Source: Isurus oxyrinchus (lineage: Eukaryota). From it: a DNA stretch of 64,000 bases. The notes beneath the pieces were generated by a model. That model saw only the letters and a program-made list of their open reading frames with translations, was not told the origin of the DNA and ran no database searches. The DNA is taken from NCBI GenBank assembly GCA_026770705.1, contig JANJGN010000034.1, forward strand, positions 3,720,001 to 3,784,000. The letters are read 5' to 3'. Below, one piece after another: positions 13,450-26,300 of this stretch; the stretch's first letter is position 1; every line of letters starts with the position of its first letter. Position numbers and translations under genes: made by a program.

Positions 13450-14480
13450 GCGTGGGCAAATGAGACCACAATGATTTTCCTTTATTGGCCTCAACAAGAT
13501 ATTTGACGATGTGAGAAGAAATGGTCTACTGAAGTCTCTTGGTTGGTTGGCTGCCAAAACTGCTCAATCTAAATCCCTCTTTCCATGACAGCGTGATGGA
13601 CAGTTATGGTTATGAGGTGATTGCATAAAACCTTTGAGGACCGAAGCAAATTCAAGGAGATTTTGTTCCCCTCTAGATCTTTACTCTATGCCATTGTATT
13701 CTCTTTCTGCTGTCTTGTGTGCTGAGCTCAGTTGCAAACGGTTTCTGCAGCTATATCAGAAGCGACAGTAATTTGCTTCAAATTAATCGTCTGATATACA
13801 GGGAAAAACAATTTCAGCAACTCATTTTCGGGGAATTAATTTGCGTTGAAAATACCGCACCTACAAACCACAGAGGTGAACATACGCAGCTGCAAATAGG
13901 CAAATAGTGTCATAGCCATAGAGCTCATTTGACCAGAGGTGTTAGGAGGAGAAATGTTATGGACCACCATTTGACCATCTGACCATCTAACAGTCTTGAA
14001 AATACGACGCTGGAGGCTATGCATATATTAACATATGCAATCTTCACCATGAACAACAATATGCACTTGATGCCAAAATCATACCAACCATCGCAGGAAA
14101 CTGTAGCTGCGAATTACAAACTGCGTGAGTAACTTTTGCATGGTATTAATCGGGCTAAGATCTCTTGGACGTCCATGACTCCTCCCCAATGACACATGCA
14201 AGCGGGATATGAAGATGCAGATGTTGACTCCGGCAAAGTGGAGACTGCCGCTGACAACCATGAACTCTGCAGTCTAACTATTTGGGCACGCATTTGGAGG
14301 GGCAAGCAGAAACAAAATGCTCCTCTGATCGATAGGATGGCACAGCACAAACAGAACCCTGAACTGTGCAGCTGCTGAACCTGTTGTTTTCCTCTGCAGC
14401 AAATGTGACAAATTCTTCCATGGAGAACGGAGCTCAAGAACCAAACGAGACCCTAGCTGGCAAAGAATAGATCACCACAA
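13450..14480 (+). mobile_element. RTE-clade LINE 3' remnant
   Basis: TCKRDMK-like motif near 14195, ETAADNHELC (~WExxAxDRxxW) and a C-terminal CSKC motif near 14395. Confidence 0.6.
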
Positions 14481-15703
14481 TGCAAAACATTATTATAAGA
14501 AGTGGAATAGTGCCACGGACTGTTTGACAATAATATTATTTCGTTGCATCTTCAAATCTCCAGGAACAAACCCGAAATTATAATATAGGTTAATGTCTAG
14601 AAGATAAAGCCTTACAATTCGATTCGTTGGAAGTTTAGAAGTAGGCAATTTTTAAAATCTTTTTTGTCCCGATCTCTAGTATGGTTGCTCTCGTTATGAA
14701 TTATTATTTATGCTAGTGGATATGGAAGTAGCCGTGTTTCTCAAAGGATAAGTGGCAGAACTAAATAATGTCGTGCATCACGGTAGGAAGCATTGCAACA
14801 TAGGGACTTTCTTATTTTTTAAAAATTAAGAATGTTTGAAGATAATGAACAGCCAGCCAATCACATATGGCCTGCAATGGGCGTAAGAATAGATTAATAG
14901 TTATCTCCTTTAGCTGAAAGCAAAATAATTTCCGCCCATTTGCCGTTAACTATTGTGCACAATTTCATCTTAAGGAAGACAATGGAAGGGAAGACTTGAA
15001 TTTCATATCAACGTTTTACGCATGAACAAATAAAAAGTGACCACACTCACCGCTCAAAACATGCAGTTAAAATGCATGGAGTGTAGCTTTTAGCCGCTGC
15101 TTAGCGTTAGAATCACTGGAAAAGTGGATGTAATTGAATACTAACCAACTGTTCCCTGAATCCTATTTCAAAACAACAGATTGTTCAATCGTTTCATTTC
15201 TTCCCTTTGCGTCCAAATTGTCTTCGAATCTAAAACAGGCCCATTCGCAATGAATGGCAACAAGTTGCAGGCAAAACTCGTGGACGTGAATTTGCTGAAG
15301 CTCGTGTTCGGATGCATCTGCTGCCCTTTTACTTCTAGAAGAAAGAGTTCCTGGGGTTGGAAGGTGCAGACAGAGGGGCTTTGGTGAGTTAATGTAGTGC
15401 ACCTTACAACAATATAATGCTGGTTTTACGAGGATTCAACATCCCCTCCCTTCCAAATGATCCATGGTGGTCTATATCCGACAATGAATGTCCCAGAACC
15501 ATGTTGCATGTCACCTAATCAGCTTTTCCATACTTTCTAGCCTCTTCCTCATCTTCTCCATACAGTATACTGTTAAACATTATAAACATTCCTTTTGCAA
15601 TGTTATCGCGTGCAACAGGCATTTCTAGAGTTCTCGCAACTTCAGCACTGCCGCAGAAGGTGACGTTCCCACCCAGCATTTATTAATGAATGTCAGCAAG
15701 TAC

Positions 15704-15730
15704 CTTTCTCTTTTTCCTTCAACTTCTTTT
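15704..15730 (-). CDS. class A micro-exon, 27 nt, (E)KKLKEKEK
   Basis: tctcccacag|AAAAGAAGTTGAAGGAAAAAGAGAAAG|gtacttgctg. Homologous to the exons at 4277 and 22598. Confidence 0.8.
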
Positions 15731-16631
15731 CTGTGGGAGATTGATTTAATTTATTTAAAAATGCAGCTCAAATTTTATTTCTCCGTAATGTTCTGAAGGT
15801 GAATGGCAATGCACAATCTCAAATATTTGCTAATTTCAATAATAGGGTAACACGCTGCCAGCTTGGCCGGTGGCAGAGCTGCTAAGTGACTGATAGAAAC
15901 CACATCGCAGTTAATGTGGGCCAAAGAGAGGTAGGCCAGTGTCTCAACAACAACATCTTAGCAACAGATGTGGATGGAGACTGCGCACAACTACAGTGGA
16001 ATTAAAGTGGGACAAAGTTAATCCAACAAAAGCTCTAACAACAAAAAACAACATCTGAAAAACAGCTATCTATCATGATCTTACAATCGCGGAGGGGGAC
16101 GATTGGTGAAGTCCTTTAGATGTTCAAACATTGGCTCGGGGTAGGGGTTGTTATCTCATGTGGCAATGTAAATAGTAAAAAGAAAACGGTTGGGAGTGCA
16201 CCAAAAGAAATGTCAGAATCATAGTGATGAAAAGGTATAAATCACTAAGCGTGTGCATAATGACTTGTGCGATTCACAATAGTCTAGGAAGTCATGAATG
16301 CGCAGTGAAGTCATAGAACTGTGATAGCATGAAATCGTACGTTGATCCTGCTCTTGGGATTATGCATTTTTTAAAAAAATGTAAACAATCAAAACGTAAA
16401 AAGTGAACGCGCTGGGGCCGAAGCCAGACGTTCATTCAGGGCGCAGGGCTGTGTCAGAATGGCGGTTTACGAATGGATAACACATATCTGCATAAGATAA
16501 ACTCCCTTGTGGGAAGAAATTTGAGGAAGCAATCTTTCGGACACGGAGAGTTGAGAGATTCAACTTGGTGGCTTGACATGAAAAATCATCGAAATATTGA
16601 AATATGGAAGAAACTGCAATGTTATCCTTAC

Positions 16632-16661
16632 CTAATTCCGCTAGAATTTTGCCTTCTGCTT
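16632..16661 (-). CDS. class C micro-exon, 30 nt, (E)AEGKILAEL
   Basis: cccttctgtattgcag|AAGCAGAAGGCAAAATTCTAGCGGAATTAG|gtaagg. Confidence 0.8.
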
Positions 16662-17565
16662 CTGCAATACAGAAGGGTAGAATTTCAGGCATAAATTTTT
16701 AACGGGAGCTTTTCTCTCTTTTTTACAAGGACTGGATTGAAGGGAAACAACCGGAAAGGGAAAACTTGTTCAATTGGCGCAGTTGAAGTCCCCAGGACGC
16801 CCCAAAAGAAGGTTGTAAGCTAGCAACTAGTTTCGAAATTCAGTTTAGCCTCGGGATTATCCCTATCTTTGATACCTTTCGAAATTGTTAATAATGAACA
16901 ACAGTGAGAAAGAGGGACTCTGCCCACTGTGTTTGAAAATGACCAGGACATCAGCGCAATGTTAAAGAATGAGTATTAATGCAATTGGATCCCTATATGG
17001 GTGTTCTTAAGAATGGAATTTGATGTCTTTACATCAAAGTCTAAACTAAATTTTTTGTAAAACATCTGGCAAAGTCCTTTTAAATGACGCACAACCATCT
17101 GTTCAATGTTGCCTATTTCAAAGCCGCGAATGGTCTGAAAAAAACCTTTATTTTTATTTTCTCCATATTTAGGAAGGCATGTTTCAAAAGAATGTAAAAT
17201 TAAGCCAGCGGCTTGTGTTATTTTTTTTTTTGCTGAACAGGAATAGCCGATCTAATTTTAAACCTTTGTATGTACAAATACGCGATGACATCCGTTACTG
17301 TGCAACACATTGTCCAGAAACGTACTTTCAATGCTCCAGCGTTAAAATCCATAACTTTTTAATGAAAGTCCACTGTATGCTTCAATTTCTGAGATCAGTA
17401 TCAAGTTAATGATTCGCTATGAACAATAAAAATCACAAAATCACACCAGATCTGTTTAAAATGCATTTAGCCTTTAATATTTTCTCGAATATTTGCAATT
17501 CATATAAATGGTTTTACGTAGTCTGCAGCTGAGAGCTTTAAAGAGTTTCAGATAATTTTGCTCAC

Positions 17566-17601
17566 CTAAATCTGTCAACGACTTTTTGCACGTGGTGAAT
17601 T
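17566..17601 (-). CDS. class B micro-exon, 36 nt, (E)FTTCKKSLTDL
   Basis: tttttattctcttgtccag|AATTCACCACGTGCAAAAAGTCGTTGACAGATTTAG|gtgagc. Confidence 0.8.
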
Positions 17602-17839
17602 CTGGACAAGAGAATAAAAATAGCCATTAGTATTTCAGCTAAATAAATCTTGCTTAATTCTTAAACATACCAATATCTAAAATTGCACAAATTACTTGTA
17701 ATTTACAATGCAGAAACCGTGCAATTTTTCCGCATGCTTTATTCTCTTATGTGGACATCATAGAAGCCAGGCATATTCAATCTGATCGTAGCAGCATACT
17801 CTTCCACTCAATTCTACTCCATGCTCTTCCTTTCTTTCA

Positions 17840-18480
17840 AGCAGCACTATTATTTAGTTCAGCAATTTGTTACGGTTTTGAGGTCTGCATTTCCCCTGCG
17901 ACTTGTGTATTAGTTTTTATTCTGAATGCCCCGCTGTATTAGTCAGTGATTGACGAATAGCTGACGTCAAGAAATGTCTTCATCTCACACACTATGCCCC
18001 TGTAAAATAAATGTGGGAAACATATCCGCCTCTCCTGTCTTACCGGAGATGAAAGTTTATTCCTGTCTGGTGGATGATTTTCAAACAACCCCAGTCTTGT
18101 GTCAGCATTTTTGCAATATGCGGATTTTAAGCATGCACAGTGATCCACGCATGGGTTTACCAATTGCTACAGATTTGTAACGTTACTTTGATGCATACAC
18201 AATTCTAACAATCTGAATGTCATTATTGAAGGATATTCATCCAACGTTTTTGCCAGCCGTTATTCAGAGCTGTGACTATCTTCCAGTTTTTACCCGTTTT
18301 TCCCAGATAAGAGAAACATGTCAATTCAAAACACAAACTCTGCTAGGTGTTCCCATTTGGTTAGATACGCCTGAAAATTTCTTACGATTCAGATCTGCTA
18401 ACAGAGCAAACATCCGTATTAATTCTGGCACCTTGACATTTTTCGTTCTCCAAACTTCCTCTCAAAGTGTTGCATAATTA
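17840..18480 (+). mobile_element. highly decayed LINE reverse-transcriptase remnant
   Basis: Collinear weak matches: YGF, DVKKC (~DxxKAF), and LL*CIHNSNNLNVIIEGYSSNVFA (~LLFxIYINDL..IEG.ISKFADD). Confidence 0.4.
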
Positions 18481-20354
18481 AACTATATACCACAAAGCCT
18501 GTTCAAGTCTAAGTAAAACGTCGGTTTTAGCGCCAAATTCGGTAACACATTCTACGTGTTTTACACTCCTAGCATTTTGAAGCCTTCGCCAAACTATCAC
18601 TGAAGCCGATCCGTACTTTTGGCTTTGACGGCCTTGTTCCCCACTTGTGCTCCAACGGTATTTTCTATCGGGCCGAAGCTGAGAATTCCAACAACACCCG
18701 GATTTAATGTAATCCGAACATCATTTTTTTTTTTTATCGTAGTGCCGGAAGTATGTTGTTAAAACTGCTTGCTTTTAGTTCTATGACAACATATGCAATG
18801 GTTAACGGATTACACGAAGCGGCATATATTTGAATCAATGGATAATTTTGTCGCGGAATATAATTAAATAAGTTGTCCATCTGATTAAATGGGCGATTAA
18901 ACTTCAATAATTTATTGGTTTTGAATGTATATAACGTCAGTTATTGAGCGATCAGCGGTTGGAAACACCCTGATTTTTAATTGAATTAATCACAACTCGC
19001 TTCCATTACTTGAAAATTATGCGCCTTTTGTGAACCAGGAATATTTGTCGAACAAATGCCCAATTGCCGAGCCAGTGCACTGAAATTATCTTTCATACAC
19101 ACGAGATCCACTTTGATCTTTACAAGTCTGCTGAACACTAAATTATTTGATCAGGCTTAGTAAGTATCTGCCTTGAAGAGTATGGAAAATCTGGTGAACT
19201 GTCAGAAACATCTTTGAATTTTAGGTTTTCAAGATCTATGGGCCATTATGCTGAATGATTGCAACTTTTCAAAACATTCTTGGTCTTTTTGTTGTCCAAT
19301 TATCTGGGACGGGGAAGATTATAGATAGAGCAGGAAAAAAAGTAATTTTAATCACCAACCTTCTCTCAGGGCACGGACTGTTTCCGCTGTTGAAAGCAAT
19401 AATTTAATATGTGACTAGCCGCTTTATTATTATTAGCATTATTTTCAATATAATCCACTCATTAAATATAAGGAAGGATGAAAACAATTATTAGACCTCC
19501 CATGAAAGTCTGAACCAGATTCATAAAAATAAGGTACTACTGATAATGAAAATGAGCATTTGATTCCACGGTGTATTTCATATTATGCTATTTATTTATA
19601 TATTGATTTGTTTGGTGCATCACACATTTGTAAATTAGCTTAATTGCCAAAAATACCCCTCAAAATGCCCTGAATAGAACTAAAGACGGATCTGTGAACG
19701 GCTTTAATGTTCTTTTTGATGGACAGTGTACGCACGGAGCTAACATCCAATGAAATTAGCTCAACAATGATCTCGAATAAATTAGCAAAATAGAACCGAT
19801 TCGATTCGATATGAGATAATGGCATCTTGCGGGTTACACTTTGAGTTTCCTGGAGACCTATTTCATTGCTGGTTTCAAATCAGAAATGTTGATTATATCC
19901 TTTAAACCACAACTCCCAATGAATGGTCGGAATTTGGATGAACTCATTTCACTAAGGTTCGCCTCCAAGGCATGGTATGTCAATTCTACATGGAAATAAA
20001 TAGGTCAGGTAAGTATTAAACTTCACTGTCTAAACTATATTTCTTCGTGAATATAATTTGAACTTGGAAACGTTTGCATCAGTGATGCTCTGAATTAAGT
20101 TAGTATTATATCTTGAATAGATATTCCCATCTCACCACTGAAGTCTCATCTACATATTAAACTTAAAACATCGAAAAAATCACATTGTTAATCTAAATAA
20201 ATTTATGATCGAATTGACATGTTCAAATTGTACGCCACTAACCCAATAAAAAATCTGAAAAGCAATAGCTTTAAAAAGGGGGAAGTTGTGCGGCACTCAT
20301 ATCCACCATTGATTAGAACAGGAGGAAAATCCTGAGGCGTGACGATTCAAATAT

Positions 20355-20486
20355 AAAAACAAAAAACTACGGATGCTAGAAATCCAAAACAACAACAGGA
20401 TTTCCTGGAAAAACTCAGCAGGTCTGGCAGCATCGGCAGAGAAGAACAAGGTTGACGTTTTGGGTCCTCATGACCCTTCAACAGAA
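20355..20486. mobile_element. Penelope-like terminal repeat fragment (common shark repeat)
   Basis: ggatgctagaaatcc...ctggaaaaactcagcaggtctggcagcatcggcagagaagaacaaggttgacg. Related copies occur at ~27590-27760 and ~52640-52780. Confidence 0.65.
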
Positions 20487-20671
20487 CTGAAATAGTAACA
20501 GACAATGTTATGGAGAGAGAAGCAGAGTTGAATCATCACGCATTGGCAGAGAAGAACGAAGTTGACATTTCCAGTTCTAATGACCTTGAACATCAACTTT
20601 GTTCTTCTCTGCCGATGGGTGACGATTCAACTCTGCTTCTCTCTCCATATCATTGTCTGTTATTATTTCAG
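20487..20671. repeat. long inverted repeat (about 83-bp arms, about 17-nt loop)
   Basis: Left arm ctgaaatagtaacagacaatgttatggagagagaagcagagttgaatc... is the near reverse complement of 20588-20671. Confidence 0.9.
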
Positions 20672-21714
20672 ATTCACAGTGTCTGCATTATGCACCTACA
20701 TATTGGCTATAAAGCATATGACGTGCTGTCTACTTGGCTGTTTGCAACTATCAATTTATGTTTGTGTGTGCGTGTGTGTGCATTCATACCTGATTCCTTA
20801 GTTTTTGTTTTTCGGAAATGTACGAGAAAATTGAACAACACGCCAACACATGTAGTTGCTGAGTCGGCGAGTGCAGGCGCATTTAGGGACATGGGACACA
20901 AGCATGTGAAATGTGTTTAATAAGGAGGTTACTGCTGAGCAAAGGTGGAATAATACTGGATTGGAATATGGTAGCTGGACTGAAGCTGCTTGGCTTAATT
21001 TTGTGCTTCTCTGTTGCATTCTGTAAACTATTCTGTAAACTGTAAATCATGGGCATCAATAAATCTCTCGGATGGCTTCCCCCTCGAACAAAGCATGGAC
21101 ATTTTCATACAAGGATCCTTTCAACAATAACATTTGTCTACATTGAAATGTATCGCTCGGTGGTCCAACAATGGCGCAATAAAATAAACGTATGTGTTTC
21201 TCCCTTCACTGCTTGCCTTCGTCGCTGCAATCTCCTACCTTCTGATAGTCAATTGTGTCTGCAATGTTCTAATTCAGTTGCGTTCTGCACCTCTGATTTA
21301 AATTGCCCCGTATTTTTTCGATCAATCAGTTAGTTCCCTGATCTTTGCATGCTGCTCGTGTTGCCAACTGCAGCACCGCCCCTCCACCCCACCCCCAACA
21401 CAACTATTTTCCACTCTTTCACTGAGCTGAAATCAGAAGCCAGATAATTTCTGCTTCAGAATTAGTAATACTGTGTATACTTTGACTAATTTAACTGTGA
21501 TAAACCGAGAGACTTTTATTAATACTGCTGAAAGACTATGCTGTCATAAAACGTAACATGTTTTTAGATGGATGTACAGCGCTTAATCACTAACCGATTG
21601 GTTAAAAAGAATGATTGATTCTTCTTTTACAAAAAAAAAATTGAATCATTTAACAATCTCATTGGCATCCATGGCCGAAATGCACTATTTTTATTATCTA
21701 GAAAATGGAAGTAC

Positions 21715-21741
21715 CATTTACTTTTTTGCTTAATATGCGAA
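21715..21741 (-). CDS. candidate class A micro-exon, 27 nt, (V)RILSKKVN
   Basis: aaattatag|TTCGCATATTAAGCAAAAAAGTAAATG|gtactt. Same length and donor as other A exons, but a weaker acceptor. Confidence 0.5.
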
Positions 21742-22029
21742 CTATAATTTGCTCTGTGGATCCAGATATTTTCGACCTCATGCTTTGACCAGGTCTGTGG
21801 GCGGAGCCTACTTTTTGCAAACTGACAACTGAGGCCGTGTCAAGGAAAAAAACACCATAACAGTAGTTTATGGTTTTACGTGCGCCTCATTTACTTCTAA
21901 AATTACCCCACCTTTGACCTATGTTCAGTTCCTATAGAACTGGATGGCGCTTATATAACTTTCTTGGGAAATGTAAACTATAACTGTCATGCCTTTGAAA
22001 TTAGAGGAAAAACAATCTTTTCTTCTCAC

Positions 22030-22065
22030 CTAACTGTTTGGCCAGAGACGACTCAACTTTCAACT
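22030..22065 (-). CDS. class B micro-exon, 36 nt, (E)LKVESSLAKQL
   Basis: gcttccttcacttacag|AGTTGAAAGTTGAGTCGTCTCTGGCCAAACAGTTAG|gtgaga. Confidence 0.8.
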
Positions 22066-22597
22066 CTGTAAGTGAAGGAAGCGTTGGTATCATCACTTAA
22101 ATAGCAGCCAGATGTGACTTGGATTCATTTTTGTTATGGGACATTTACAATACCTGGTCAACAGAATGCTGCTAATGTATTCAAGAACATAAAGGTAAAT
22201 CGTTACGATACACATGTCTGCACAGCAATTATGAGAATTGAAGATTGATTTTTATTTTTTTTTTCTCCAGGGTGCTGCATCCAGAAAAGCATGATGATAA
22301 ATCTCAGATATAATAAATGTTTGCATGTCGATAACATTATTCGACCCCAAATATTAATTATCTGCAACAATATTACCGGCCAATAATTGGGATCCTTCAA
22401 TCAAGCCAAGAAGAAAAAGCGCACCTCAATAAATAAACAAGAAAAAGATCAGATGCTATCGAAAATAAGTCATTGATAAGATAATGCCTCGCCTGTTAGT
22501 TTCGAATATATTGGACAGCTAATTGCTTGGGTCTATGTAGCGCAACTACACTTTTGCAATTACAGCCCAAGACTTAGAAGCAAGGGACAGCAAGTAC

Positions 22598-22624
22598 CTT
22601 CATCTTTTACTTTCAACTTTCCTT
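22598..22624 (-). CDS. class A micro-exon, 27 nt, (E)GKLKVKDE
   Basis: ttctactcacag|AAGGAAAGTTGAAAGTAAAAGATGAAG|gtacttgctg. Confidence 0.8.
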
Positions 22625-23363
22625 CTGTGAGTAGAAATGGTATATACATTCTCAGCAACAAGGTGATCTAACGAATATAACATCATTCACAACAGATTCA
22701 TATTTGGATACTATTTAAAGTTTTGAACTGCAAATGCAAAAAATTATTGATCAGGGCAACGAATACAACCTGTATTGGCATAGCACCTTTCATTCATAAG
22801 AAAGTCCAGCAGGTTTTACAGGTGCATTATCATTTTCTATATGATACCTAAAAATACGAGGTGGAGTGCAGGGGGCAAAAAGAATGAATTAATGAAATTG
22901 ATCATTAAACTGCGTGGCAAACTGGCTGCGATGGTCATAGCGGGTATGATTCTGAAAACTAAATTGATGTAAACTTTAGAAAGAACATTCCCCAAGCCTG
23001 AGGAACATGATATCTACTATGCATAATGTTTGCAATGCACAAGGGCGCATCAATAAAGGACTTATTTGACCTGGCAGATCGACGACTCACAAACAGAGTT
23101 TCTGAGGTAATTTCAAAACAGGCTGTTTTTCCTCTGTTTCTTTTTATCTTTTGCATTGAGTGGTTTCACGCTCAGGAAAAAAAAAATGCAAATCATCGAA
23201 ACTAAATCGGCAGGGCGACTGAAGTTCGAAGTCCTGCAGCAAAATTCTAGAGGGGCATAATTTTAGCAAACGATAAAAAAAAGGCAGACGGACGCGCAAT
23301 GTTTTGCGATAGTCAGTTGCAGTTTCAACAAAGAATGAAAACAGGAAAAAAAAGTGTCCCCAC

Positions 23364-23393
23364 CTAATTCTTCCACAGTTTTCCCAAATGCAT
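23364..23393 (-). CDS. class C micro-exon, 30 nt, (D)AFGKTVEEL
   Basis: cttgttaattccgcag|ATGCATTTGGGAAAACTGTGGAAGAATTAG|gtgggg. Peptide pattern A-x-GK-xxx-EL matches the exon at 16632. Confidence 0.75.
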   Translation of the reverse strand: MHLGKLWKN

Positions 23394-26300
23394 CTGCGGA
23401 ATTAACAAGACAATTTTTCATCTTTAACGTTTCAGAAAGATGCGTCCTTCCTTCTCTCCCAGGAATCCGGGAGATAGCCCTTTGCTAATCTCTGAAATAG
23501 CGATTGTGGCAGTTCTATATTTCTCTGTTTGGCAAATGTCCCACCAGCAGCGATCAAGAAGCAGTCTGTGGGCACTGACATTGGAGAATTTCCCTACAAT
23601 TGTGTTTATGGATTGTAAAAGTTGCATCAATTAAAACACTCTCGTCTGAATTAATTGCTATTCGTGGATATGGTCTCTGCTCACTTTTACTTAAAGACCT
23701 CATAGCAATCCTACGGCCTGTTATGAATCAATGCATCATTTGTTTTTTGACTGTGTGCCCTAAATGTGGACTGGTGCTCCCAAGTCAGAGAACATGTTTT
23801 ATATGCCAGTCTGCTTAAATTTTCAGCTCCAGTTGCTGGTCATCAGCAATGCAAAAAACAAAGCTAGAATTGTAAGCCGCACCCTGTCGTTTTACTGCGC
23901 CTCCATCAGAAAAGCATCAGTGGTGCCTCCACGTGATAACACAAGAAAATTGGATCCCCCGTGGCTCCAGGCTAAATCTTGACAAGAATTCCGAGCAAGG
24001 TTTGCCCAAAACATGATTTGTGCAGGCTCAATGCTGAAGTAACATGCACCGACATGTAAGGGCCACATTCTTCAAAATGGGAAGTCAATCCGCTGCCATG
24101 CGGGCAAATCAGGAGAGCTGATAGCTGAAGCACTAAGTCATCAACAGCTTCATTAAAAATGGCTCTTGTTTAGAGCGAAATAGGGGTAGACATGCAATGA
24201 AATTTGGATCCTTTAATGGAGTTAATTGATCAGATTGAGTAAAATAGAGAGTCCAGGATAAGTTCGCGATCTGGAAATATTTCTGAAGATGTCATGGATA
24301 GAAGACAAATGTAGTGGTAACGATATTATTGAACAAAAATGAAGGAGCAAATTGTGACATTATGGCCGTCCAGCGGATTTAGCTAATTATAGAGCTTTGG
24401 TCTTAGTTCACTTAAAGTAAAGCGAAAGAACAATCAGAGACTGCCACTATGGGCGGGGGAGTTGCAAGCGGTGGGGGGAGGATGGCACCTTTGGCAGTCG
24501 GAGCAAATAACGTTTTCACTATCCCATGCAGAATGCATCCTGAATATTTGAAGTCTTTACCAGATCATGTACCACATATTTTTCCAGAGCAAATATCATT
24601 TTGTCTCTTCATTCTGCCTTAATTTTAATACCTCTCTGTTCTAGCAACAATGTTTTCTTTTTTCTTTTGATATTTTTTATTTAGTTTTCCTTCGCCTGTG
24701 CATCTGTCTCTTTTTCTCCAACGTAGAGTCCAGAGCTACGCAAAACATTGCAAATGTGATCAAAAGCGTGTGCTAAACGAATTTAACACAATATGCCTGG
24801 TTATGAATTCTATCCCTGTAAATCTATGTGCCTTCTCTGAGACGCAAAATGTCCAGGCTTCAGTATGCTGACCTCATTTTCCATTCCGTACTCAATCTAT
24901 GCCAACACCTTCAAACGTTATTTTACGTGTTGCAAACATATTTATTATGCCTCTTTTATTCTGTGTAATTCCGTACTCTGCCATAGGTTTCCCATCTGAT
25001 CTGGATGTCTGTGATGAACGAACACAGTATCAAATAACACAAAATACACCGTTTCCAATTCATCCCTCTCGAATTACACTCAAAATGTTGAAAAATGAAA
25101 TATAGAGCACACATGTTTCCTCAAATTGTAGCGCCAGCACCTGTTTCCCGGCATTCTGTGATCATCAACTCAAACCCGGCTGTTTTTGTCTAGTGTAGGA
25201 AGATAACTCCTGGAGGAAATATTAATTTCGTGCCATGTATGAAACAACAATTTTGCCCTCGCCCAGCGATCATCAAATTTAGATTCCGCAAATGGGCAAG
25301 CATAACAGAAAGGAAAGGTCAAATGGCCTGTATTTTAAGGCAGTCCTCCAAGCTGTGCTCTGCCTGCGCTTGAAGTTCTTTGGCATCCACCTCCCATGTC
25401 CCTGATTTGTAGCGAAAAACGTGTGTCTTTGTGAAAAAAAAAAACTGCTGTCAAGCTTTTCGTAACGTACTTCAGGGCTGATGATCAGGGCAGATTTAAA
25501 AGGGCACATCAATTCATTGATGAAAATTGAATGCTGATTGGTTAAGACATGGACGCTGATTGTTCAAGGAGATGATGCCGCCCAATGATGACACCCCATG
25601 CTTTTGATTAATTCAACAAATAAATAAAAATTCCATTGCTTGGATTATGTCAGCGCCTTGCCTTTCCCGAACAGCCAAAGGGAAGAGTGGCTTGATACGA
25701 TCCGCTCAACCTGCTAACTGCTACAGCCTATGTACCTGGCATTGCAACAGCACTGGAATTCATGTACCACATCCGCCAGCTTCGTGGCAAGGCAGAATTT
25801 TTTTTTGGTTGAATGGAAGGAGTTCCCCAGTAATTAATACCACTTCTTTGCTACTGCATATTAACGGCGTTAAATGGCTAGCTTAATTTGCTGTTCTAAT
25901 TAATGTGGTTTCTAACTGGGGGCAGATTCCCTGCATCTGAACAGAAGCATCATTTTATTCCTTGCAAAGCTTGTTTCCATCCACTGTCTATAAAATGGCG
26001 AAAGCCATGCTTTGCATGGTTATCATTGGCTGAGCAATGTTAAGTGTCAAATTGCTTTGACATGCTGTTCTGTGAAGAGTCTCGTGAGGTTTTATTTCGA
26101 AGCCAATTGAATGTTTCCTTCGCTCCTGTTTGCTTTCATTGTACAGTTGAATCAGTACCGTACCATGGTCCTCCATCCATATGCTCCTAAGTCTAACACC
26201 ATATCGCTTTTTCTGAGCCTAAGAAAGATCATGTTACCCTTCAGCAACAAGACGTGTTTCCAAACGAATATCGAAAGATATATCCATGCAAAGGTGTGAC

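Noticed and set aside
15534-15569. 36-nt open exon candidate (V)YCMEKMRKRLE
   Set aside because: It does not match the class B pattern, and a better B exon follows at 12909. Chance occurrence cannot be excluded.
17821-18750. Leader plus TCR-like V exon(s)
   Set aside because: Better explained by collinear LINE RT motifs.
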